Part shown: piece by piece, positions 10,750 to 18,362 of the stretch
How the letters are laid out: each line of letters opens with the position of its first letter
How positions within the stretch are numbered: the stretch's first letter is position 1
Source of the DNA: an uncultured archaeon
Lineage (GTDB): Archaea > Iainarchaeota > Iainarchaeia > Iainarchaeales > JAAZKV01
Direction of reading: 5' to 3'
Length of the DNA: 64,000 bases
Assembly: GCA_964590155.1 (NCBI GenBank)
Contig: CAZPWC010000001.1
Span: forward strand, 9,651 to 73,650
Notes under the pieces: generated by a model
Told to the model about the DNA's origin: nothing
The model's database searches: none
What the model saw: only the letters and a program-made list of their open reading frames with translations
Position numbers and translations under genes: made by a program

Positions 10750-11715
10750 ATGACTGAAATAGAGCTGCCGTGGGTTGAGAAATACAGGCCAAAAAACCTT
10801 GCAGAAGTAATCGGGCATGAAGAAGTAACTCGACGTCTAAAAGGATATGTTGAGAAAAAAAATATTCCAAACATGATGTTTTCAGGGCCTGCAGGAACAG
10901 GAAAAACAAGTTCATCAATAGCACTTGCAAAAGAATTTTTTCAAAACAGTTTTGAGCAAAACTTCTTAGAACTAAACGCGTCTGATGACCGTGGAATTGA
11001 TGTTGTAAGAAACACTATCAAAGATTTTGCAAGAACACTGGCATTTGACTCTGGATTTAAAATAATATTTTTGGATGAATGCGACGCACTAACACAAGAC
11101 GCACAACAAGCGCTAAGAAGAACAATGGAAAAATACACAAAAACGTGCAGATTTATTTTGTCATGCAATTATTCTTCAAAAATAATTGAGCCAATACAAT
11201 CAAGATGCGTTATATACAGATTCAGACCTTTAGGCGCAAAAGAAGTTGACAAACAAGTAGAATATATTTCAGAAAAAGAAAAAATAGAGGTTGATGAAAA
11301 AGCAAAAAACGCTATTAATTATATATGCCAGGGAGACTTGAGAAAAGCAATAAATATTTTACAAGCAGCGTCAACTCTTGACAAAAAATTAACCGAAGAA
11401 ATAGTTTACACAGTCTCTTCAAGAGCAAGACCTGAACAAGTACAAGAAATGATTTTATTTGCATTAAAAGGAAAATTTATTGAAGCAAGAAAAAAACTTG
11501 ACGAACTAATGTACGAACAAGGAATGAGCGGAGAAGATGTAATCGTACAAATGTATCGCGAAACAATGGCGCTTGATGAAAAAGAACTGGAACAAAAAGC
11601 AAAAATAGAACTCATAAACACAATAGGAGAATATGACTTTCGATTAACAGAAGGAGCTAATGAACGAATACAACTTGAAGCACTACTTGCACAATACATG
11701 AAATACAAAAAGTGA
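10750..11715 (+). CDS. rfcS: replication factor C small subunit
   Basis: Walker A FSGPAGTGKTSS, DEAD-like FLDECDAL, SRC motif region. Confidence 0.85.
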   Translation: MTEIELPWVEKYRPKNLAEVIGHEEVTRRLKGYVEKKNIPNMMFSGPAGTGKTSSSIALAKEFFQNSFEQNFLELNASDDRGIDVVRNTIKDFARTLAFDSGFKIIFLDECDALTQDAQQALRRTMEKYTKTCRFILSCNYSSKIIEPIQSRCVIYRFRPLGAKEVDKQVEYISEKEKIEVDEKAKNAINYICQGDLRKAINILQAASTLDKKLTEEIVYTVSSRARPEQVQEMILFALKGKFIEARKKLDELMYEQGMSGEDVIVQMYRETMALDEKELEQKAKIELINTIGEYDFRLTEGANERIQLEALLAQYMKYKK

Positions 11716-11721
11716 AAGAAC

Positions 11722-12021
11722 ATGGCAAGAGCTGTTAAACCAAATAGAGAAATGCTAATAGCACAACGTGTCGGAAAGCTCACTGGTGAAGAACTATTAA
11801 GAAGAATGCGAGTAAATAATGTTAGAAGAAAAAGAAAAGTACTTGCCGCGGTAAGATTGGCTATAAAAAACGGAGCTACAGGTGAAGCAGCAATGCAACA
11901 TCTCGTCCCAGTACTTAAAGCCGAATTTGGGGAAAGAGGAGCAGGCATATTTTTGAGCTTGTTTGGAACACTGTCGCAAGAAAAACTTCTTGAAGAAACA
12001 CAACGTGCATTTAGAAATTAG
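11722..12021 (+). CDS. hypothetical small basic protein
   Basis: Intact ORF immediately after rfcS. Confidence 0.3.
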   Translation: MARAVKPNREMLIAQRVGKLTGEELLRRMRVNNVRRKRKVLAAVRLAIKNGATGEAAMQHLVPVLKAEFGERGAGIFLSLFGTLSQEKLLEETQRAFRN

Positions 12022-12629
12022 TGATCCAAATGAAAATTATTTGCTTTGACTTAGAAGGAGTTCTTGTTCCTGAATTTTGGGAAGAATTTTCAAAAGCGAC
12101 AAATATCCCCCAACTAATGTTAACAACGCGTGATGAACCTAATTATGATAAACTAATGAAAATGAGAATAAAAGTGCTAAAAGAAAACAAATTTACTATA
12201 GAAAAAGTACATGAAATTGTTGCGAAAATGGAGCCCTTAGAAGGAGCACACAAATTTATGGATTGGGTAAAAAGCGTGGCACAACCATGCATACTTACAG
12301 GAAGCTACTATGACTATATCACTCCACTCGTTGGAAAAATAGGTTACCCATTTATGTTCGCCAATTCGCTCAAAATTGACGCACAAGGAAATATTTTGGA
12401 TTACAAATTAAGAGAAGAGGACGGCAAAGTCGAACAAATAAAAAGATTTAAAGAAGCAGGATTTGAGGTAATTGCTGTTGGAGATTCATTCAATGACTTA
12501 AAAATGTTAAAAGAAGCCGACATAGGAATATTATTTAAAGCATGTAAACCATTAAAGGAACAAGAAAAGGAATTAGCTTCTGCTGAAAATTATGACGAGC
12601 TAAAAAACATAATTGAGAAACATTTGTAA
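12021..12629 (+). CDS. HAD-superfamily hydrolase, phosphoserine-phosphatase-like
   Basis: Motif I FDLEGVL; motif IV GDSFNDLKMLKEADIGI. Confidence 0.6.
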   Translation: MIQMKIICFDLEGVLVPEFWEEFSKATNIPQLMLTTRDEPNYDKLMKMRIKVLKENKFTIEKVHEIVAKMEPLEGAHKFMDWVKSVAQPCILTGSYYDYITPLVGKIGYPFMFANSLKIDAQGNILDYKLREEDGKVEQIKRFKEAGFEVIAVGDSFNDLKMLKEADIGILFKACKPLKEQEKELASAENYDELKNIIEKHL

Positions 12630-12646
12630 AAATAGGGTGCGAAAAA

Positions 12647-13090
12647 ATGCCAAAATATAGAATCAGACCAGCAACTCCAATTTCTGAACGCCAAGTAATT
12701 ACACTAGTTAGAAGAACAGCAGAAGGAGTCGGGAGAGATGTTTTAAGGGAAAGAAAAACCCCGAAAAGCCCAATTGGAAGACCTGTTCCTGGAGAATTCC
12801 GCCAATTTGAGTTGCTTCGACGAAGAGTAACAGCAAGACTTACAAAAACTGCAATAATGAAAGCTCTTGGAGAAATGCACACAACAAAAAAACAAAAACA
12901 ACTTGTTTGGGATGCACAAAGAAGATTTGTTCAAGACACAAAAAACCCGAACGCGGGAATTAACTTTGAAAAAGCTGTTGTGAGAGCGCTGGGAGAAAAA
13001 AAGACAAGAGAATTATTTCACAAATTTGACCAATTGATGAAAGTTCCTCGAAAAACAATGGCTGACGAACTAATGCGACATTATAACTAG
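12647..13090 (+). CDS. hypothetical basic protein
   Basis: Intact ORF. Confidence 0.3.
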   Translation: MPKYRIRPATPISERQVITLVRRTAEGVGRDVLRERKTPKSPIGRPVPGEFRQFELLRRRVTARLTKTAIMKALGEMHTTKKQKQLVWDAQRRFVQDTKNPNAGINFEKAVVRALGEKKTRELFHKFDQLMKVPRKTMADELMRHYN

Positions 13091-13092
13091 TA

Positions 13093-13776
13093 ATGCGCAA
13101 AGTAGAATATGTAAGCCTTAATAACATAAAAGCAGATAATAACTATATGCCTACAAAAAGCAGAGGCCCTTTAGAAAGATTTCTAAAACGGGTAGAAAAA
13201 AAAGTGCCGCGTTATGTTCCTGAAGGAAATCAACCATGGAACAGAAACTTGGGCAGAAGACTAATTCATTACAGAAGAGTTCACTCATTTTTACTTGAAA
13301 AATTCAAAAAAATTGGACTTCGCGGAAAAAATGTGACCCATATGGGAGCTGGAAACGGAGTGTATTGTGATTTCTTACGAAACCATTACAAAGTTAACAC
13401 GACCGCAGTAGAGCTTGATTTGGACCACGTTACTCACCAAACAAAACGCGGAATCCACGCAAACTTCATGCAAAAAATGGCTGAAAATACAGAACTTCCT
13501 ACCGCCTCACAAGATATTGTATTATCAGATTTTTTTCTTTTTGCTCATTATGATAAAATAATTAACGAACCAAGAATAATTACAGAACTCGCAAGAATAA
13601 CAAAACCAAAAGGAATAGTTATTATTGAAAGAGCGACAGCGGAAGCATTTAAGTTAATGCGTCCACTGCTTGAAAAAGAATTTGAAGTAGAAAAATATGT
13701 TGATGAATCGGAAAGTGGAGAACCGGATCTAAAATATAACGGACTAATGATAGTGCTAAGAAGAAAGGGGCACTAA
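13093..13776 (+). CDS. SAM-dependent methyltransferase (class I)
   Basis: Motif I THMGAGNGVYCDF. Confidence 0.45.
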   Translation: MRKVEYVSLNNIKADNNYMPTKSRGPLERFLKRVEKKVPRYVPEGNQPWNRNLGRRLIHYRRVHSFLLEKFKKIGLRGKNVTHMGAGNGVYCDFLRNHYKVNTTAVELDLDHVTHQTKRGIHANFMQKMAENTELPTASQDIVLSDFFLFAHYDKIINEPRIITELARITKPKGIVIIERATAEAFKLMRPLLEKEFEVEKYVDESESGEPDLKYNGLMIVLRRKGH

Positions 13777-15005
13777 AACCACTGACTCAACCTTGTTTGT
13801 TGTTTGAAGTGTTTTAACAAAAATGATTTATTTTTGTATTGAGCAATAGGAACAGTTAACTTTTTTGATAAAAAATCAAGAGCTAAATCCATTGTTGAAA
13901 AATCCAAGGGTTTTTGTTTCAACGCAGCACGAACATTTTCTCTAATCTGCCAAACACCAAGAGGAACAGCATAATCTTTTCCAATTTCTCTAAAAATAAT
14001 TGCCGCGCCATTTAATTTATTTTGTGACAAATATTCTGCAATAGCCAAGCGAGAAGCAAAATAAGCCCCTTCAGTTTCTTCAGGATAACCCTTCAACCCG
14101 GAATTAAGTTCGTGATCAGAAAGAATATTGAACTTGGTTGCATCCTTATTCCATATTCCTCCAGGAAGCCAAACTTCAATTTGCTCAAAACTCCAAGGGT
14201 AAGGCATTAATAAAACCCAAAAATTATTATCCAAATAATTTGAATTAAATAATTTGAAAGAATCAATCACTTTCCCTTGAGAAACGTGCTCATTTATTAA
14301 ATACTTTGATAAATTTGAATCAACTGCTGTTATACTCCAGCGAGTAGGAACTAATTTTCTGTTCTTCTTAACACCAAGAGAACCTGAGGAAAGAATTTTT
14401 GCAAGAGAAGAAACTGGAATCCCGCAAGAATACAATTCAATTAACGCGGTATTTGATTTTGCGGAAACATCATTATGCAAATAATCAACTTTTTGAGGAA
14501 TCTTGGAATTTTCAAGTAAAGAAATTTTATCTAGCTCTGCTGAAGGACCCATTGGCGCAGAAAAAGAATCAAAAGACAAATCCGCGCGAGGCCTTTTCGC
14601 TAAATTAACTTCTAACTCCAAAACAGAAGAAGACATTGCTACTTCTTGAAAATCAACTAACTCATAATTAGGATTTGATGCTAACGAAACCGGCATTGTT
14701 TTGTAACTACGCAACAAAGATTCGCGAAAAGAAATTATTTTTTCCTGAGACAACCCATACCACTGCTCAGGCAAATCACTAATTTCCAAAACATCTTTTG
14801 GTAACGAAGAAAGAGGAGCAACCGCAACTTTTGGATAATTCTGCCACGAAACAAAAAAACCAGGAGGGGTAGCTCCAACAAATTGATTGCCCTGCATAAA
14901 AGCAACAATATTAGAACTCTTGGATTGTTTTTCCAAAATAGGGCAATGACTTAAGCCGCACAACAATTTTCCTTTACATTTAATACACAATTCAGGAGAA
15001 ATCAT
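13773..15005 (-). CDS. NreA-like archaeal DNA-repair-associated protein (Nre N/C domains), tentative
   Basis: N-terminal Zn-finger-like LCIKCKGKLLCGLSHCPIL as I recall for the Nre family. Not verified. Confidence 0.4.
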   Translation of the reverse strand: MISPELCIKCKGKLLCGLSHCPILEKQSKSSNIVAFMQGNQFVGATPPGFFVSWQNYPKVAVAPLSSLPKDVLEISDLPEQWYGLSQEKIISFRESLLRSYKTMPVSLASNPNYELVDFQEVAMSSSVLELEVNLAKRPRADLSFDSFSAPMGPSAELDKISLLENSKIPQKVDYLHNDVSAKSNTALIELYSCGIPVSSLAKILSSGSLGVKKNRKLVPTRWSITAVDSNLSKYLINEHVSQGKVIDSFKLFNSNYLDNNFWVLLMPYPWSFEQIEVWLPGGIWNKDATKFNILSDHELNSGLKGYPEETEGAYFASRLAIAEYLSQNKLNGAAIIFREIGKDYAVPLGVWQIRENVRAALKQKPLDFSTMDLALDFLSKKLTVPIAQYKNKSFLLKHFKQQTRLSQWF

Positions 15006-15200
15006 TCAACACACCCAATACAACAAACAAATAGCCAAATTACACCAACACAAAAACATAAAACCGACAATAATAATAACAACTAACACAAAAATAAATC
15101 TATTCAAAATAGAGTGTAGGCAAAAAAAGCCACTATTGTCAAGGGGAAACATTTAAATTAACGAACGAAATAAACTAAGTACAATTTTACCTATAGGAAG

Positions 15201-15734
15201 TTGATATTAATGGCTTTTAGCAGTCTTGTTGATGATGTAAAGAGAACGAACGCAAGAATGATATCGATGGGACAAAGCATTGATATCCAAAAGATGCCCC
15301 GCCCAAAAGCAGGAAGCGCATCAGCACAAAAACAAGCAATGTACACCCCTTCAGGGAGTGACCTTGAAAAAATGCTTTACCCAAGAAACTTTGCTCCGCG
15401 AGCATACACTGAAGAAAAAACAGTAAATAACACAGAAGTACTAAACAATAGCACAAAAGAAATGCTTGAAGAAATAGAAGAACAGGAACAAAAAAAGGAA
15501 GTGAAACCAAGAATGATAGGAGACGACGAAATAATTATATCAAGATCAAAACAACGCACTGATGACCGACACTGTAACATAATCAAAAACGTTGTAGTGG
15601 AATCGCAAAACGGAGTATACTCTCCAGCAACGTGGAAAAATTGCCGGTATATGAAAGAAGACGGCGGAAGAGTATTTTGCAGAGAATACCTCTCTTTGTG
15701 TGCAAAAGAAAAATGCGGAAGAGCAAGAAAATAA
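15201..15734 (+). CDS. hypothetical protein with Cys-rich C-terminus
   Basis: C-terminal HCNI...C..C..C..C cluster. Start uncertain. Confidence 0.25.
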   Translation: MILMAFSSLVDDVKRTNARMISMGQSIDIQKMPRPKAGSASAQKQAMYTPSGSDLEKMLYPRNFAPRAYTEEKTVNNTEVLNNSTKEMLEEIEEQEQKKEVKPRMIGDDEIIISRSKQRTDDRHCNIIKNVVVESQNGVYSPATWKNCRYMKEDGGRVFCREYLSLCAKEKCGRARK

Positions 15735-15911
15735 GTGTAAAAAATATTACACTTATTTTTGTATTATTTATAAATACCCTAATGAAGCTAATTTGTCATG
15801 GACGTAGTTATTTCAATCAAAGTTCTTACAACAACCACTACGACCACTCAATGAGCCCAAAAACCAATTTAAAAGGTTTTTGAGCAGAATTTTTATTAGG
15901 AAAGATAACAC

Positions 15912-17654
15912 ATGGGCAATGAAGAAAAAGAGCAAAATGACAAAATGTGGCACACAGCCGCACACGTATTTGCTTCAGCACTAACTGAATTATACCCTAA
16001 CGTAAAACTTGCAATTGGGCCTCCAATAGAACAAGGATTTCACTACGACTTTGATTTAGACGAACAAATAGATGAAGAAAAATTGGCGAAAATAGAAAAG
16101 AAAATGAAAGAAATATTAAAGAAAAAAGAAAAAATGGAACAAAACTTTTTAACAATAGGGGATGCGTTAGAAGCATTCAAAAATAACCCTTACAAAATAG
16201 AAATGATACAAGATCTAAAAAAAGAAGGGGAAAAAGAAATCTCTACTTTCACTACAGGAAAATTTTTTGACATGTGCAAAGGACCACACTTAGAAAGTAC
16301 AAAAGACATAGGTGCGATAAAACTACTAAAAATCAGCGCGGCTTACTGGAAAGGAAATGAAAAAAATAAATCACTGCAAAGAGTTTACGGAATTGCTTTT
16401 AAAACACAAAAAGAACTTGACGAATGGATTGAAATGCGAAAAAAAGCAGAGGAAAACTCTAATGTGAAGTTAGGAAAAGAACTTGACTTATACATGATAA
16501 GCGAAAACGTTGGAAAAGGATTGCCAATATGGTGCCCTAATGGAACAATGCTAAGAATGCAACTACAAGACTTTTTAACAAAAGAACAAATCAAACAAGG
16601 ATATTCTTTTATGATAACACCGCACATCGGAAAAAGTGAGCTATTTGCAAAATCAGGACACTTAAAAAATTATAAAGAAATGATGTACGCGCCGATAAAA
16701 ATTGATGAAGAAGAATATTACCTAAAACCAATGAACTGTCCGTTCCACATACAATATTATGCGAAAAACCAAAGAAGTTATCGTGATTTACCAATAAGGT
16801 TAAGCGAAATGGGAACTGTTTATCGATATGAAAAGAGCGGAGAACTTTCAGGACTATTAAGAGTAAGAGGATTTACACAAGACGACGCACATATTTTCTG
16901 CACACCAGAACAAGTAAAACAAGAATTTAACAGCGTGTTTGATTTATTAGTTAAAGTCTTATCAACACTAAAAATAAATAATTTTAGGGTTAGAGTCGGA
17001 ACAAGAGACCCTACGAGCGACAAATATGTTGGGACTCCAGAACAGTGGGAAAGAGCAACAAAAGAAATAATTGAAGTGCTAAAAGAAAGGAAATTAAACT
17101 TTGAAGTAAATCCCGGAGATGCTGCATTTTACGGACCAAAAGCAGACATTATTGTAAAAGATGCTCTTGGAAGAGAATGGCAAACAGGAACAATCCAACT
17201 CGATTATAATCTTCCTGAAAGATTTGAATTAGAATACATTGGGGTAGATGGACAAAAACACGAACCAGTAATGATACATCGAGCGCCATTTGGTTCATTT
17301 GAAAGATTTACTGGAATAATAATAGAACACTTTGGAGGAGCTTTCCCAACTTGGCTATCTCCAGAACAAGTAAAAATAATCCCAATTTCAGAAAAATTTA
17401 TTGAGTACGCAAAAAAAGTACAAGCACAATTAATGGGTGCTGAAGTTAGGGTAAAACTTGATGATAGAAACGAAACTTTAGGTTATAGAATAAGGGATGC
17501 GCAAAAAGAAAAAGTTCCTTACATTGTTGTTGTAGGCGCAAAAGAAGAAGAAACAGGAAAAGTTGCCATAAGACCAAGAGAAGGGGAACAACAAGTAGTG
17601 AGCATAGAAGAATTTATTGAAAAAATAACTAAAGAAATAAAGGAAAAAAGATAA
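15912..17654 (+). CDS. thrS: threonyl-tRNA synthetase with bacterial-type N2 editing domain and no TGS domain
   Basis: HxxxH (HTAAHV) and CxxxH (CKGPH) editing motifs; class II core with HRAPFGSFERF; anticodon-binding C-terminus. Confidence 0.85.
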   Translation: MGNEEKEQNDKMWHTAAHVFASALTELYPNVKLAIGPPIEQGFHYDFDLDEQIDEEKLAKIEKKMKEILKKKEKMEQNFLTIGDALEAFKNNPYKIEMIQDLKKEGEKEISTFTTGKFFDMCKGPHLESTKDIGAIKLLKISAAYWKGNEKNKSLQRVYGIAFKTQKELDEWIEMRKKAEENSNVKLGKELDLYMISENVGKGLPIWCPNGTMLRMQLQDFLTKEQIKQGYSFMITPHIGKSELFAKSGHLKNYKEMMYAPIKIDEEEYYLKPMNCPFHIQYYAKNQRSYRDLPIRLSEMGTVYRYEKSGELSGLLRVRGFTQDDAHIFCTPEQVKQEFNSVFDLLVKVLSTLKINNFRVRVGTRDPTSDKYVGTPEQWERATKEIIEVLKERKLNFEVNPGDAAFYGPKADIIVKDALGREWQTGTIQLDYNLPERFELEYIGVDGQKHEPVMIHRAPFGSFERFTGIIIEHFGGAFPTWLSPEQVKIIPISEKFIEYAKKVQAQLMGAEVRVKLDDRNETLGYRIRDAQKEKVPYIVVVGAKEEETGKVAIRPREGEQQVVSIEEFIEKITKEIKEKR

Positions 17655-17692
17655 ACCTAAATATATCTAACATTACTACTATAACGATTGAT

Positions 17693-18286
17693 ATGTTACG
17701 CCGACTAGAAACCTTGACAAACGCTGAACTCGCACAACTAAAAGTGCGTTTAGGTGGCAAACCTGTTTTAGTTATTGTTCACCCTTTTTATGACGGCCAA
17801 GGAAAAAGCTTTCAAGAATTCGTCGCAGGTTCAAAAGCACACAACAAGATAATTATTATCGGAGAAGAGCACCAACAAAGACAAGCAACAGAAACTGAAC
17901 TTGAAAAAGCATGCTCGCATAATAAAGCAACCCTCCTTACATACTCAACAAAAACAACGTGCGGAACACCAATAATGGGTTGGCAAAAGCTGTTAAGACG
18001 ACTCGAATTAATGGGGGTAAAACGAGTTGTTCTCGGCGGAAATCATATTAAAGAAGAAAGTGTTAACACCCCAATATTCTGGAAAAGCATACTTTTAGGA
18101 ATAGAAAAAAATAGAAAATTAAACAAAAAAGAGAGAGAAAAACTAAGTACACAAAGAATGCTTCTACGCGCAGCAAAAGCAAGAAAAGCAGAGCACGTGT
18201 TAAGATACTGCGCAGGCTTCACTGCATCAAAACTTGCTGCGAGTGGCAAATTTAAAGTAAAAATGACTCGACATTTTTCTCGATAA
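17693..18286 (+). CDS. hypothetical protein (197 aa), possible paralog of 40099..40683
   Basis: GKPVLVIVHPFY resembles GPVLFLVHPQTH in the other gene. Both follow a tRNA-enzyme gene. Confidence 0.35.
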   Translation: MLRRLETLTNAELAQLKVRLGGKPVLVIVHPFYDGQGKSFQEFVAGSKAHNKIIIIGEEHQQRQATETELEKACSHNKATLLTYSTKTTCGTPIMGWQKLLRRLELMGVKRVVLGGNHIKEESVNTPIFWKSILLGIEKNRKLNKKEREKLSTQRMLLRAAKARKAEHVLRYCAGFTASKLAASGKFKVKMTRHFSR

Positions 18287-18362
18287 AAAAACCCAAAAAG
18301 CAAACCCTTTTTTCACACAAGCAAACTTTAAATAATCAAAAAAACCTAATTCTAGCGATAGA

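Noticed and set aside
15760-15780. TTTATAAATA TATA-box-like element upstream of thrS
   Set aside because: It is ~140 nt from the start codon, too far for a typical archaeal leaderless promoter, and AT-rich strings are frequent here by composition.
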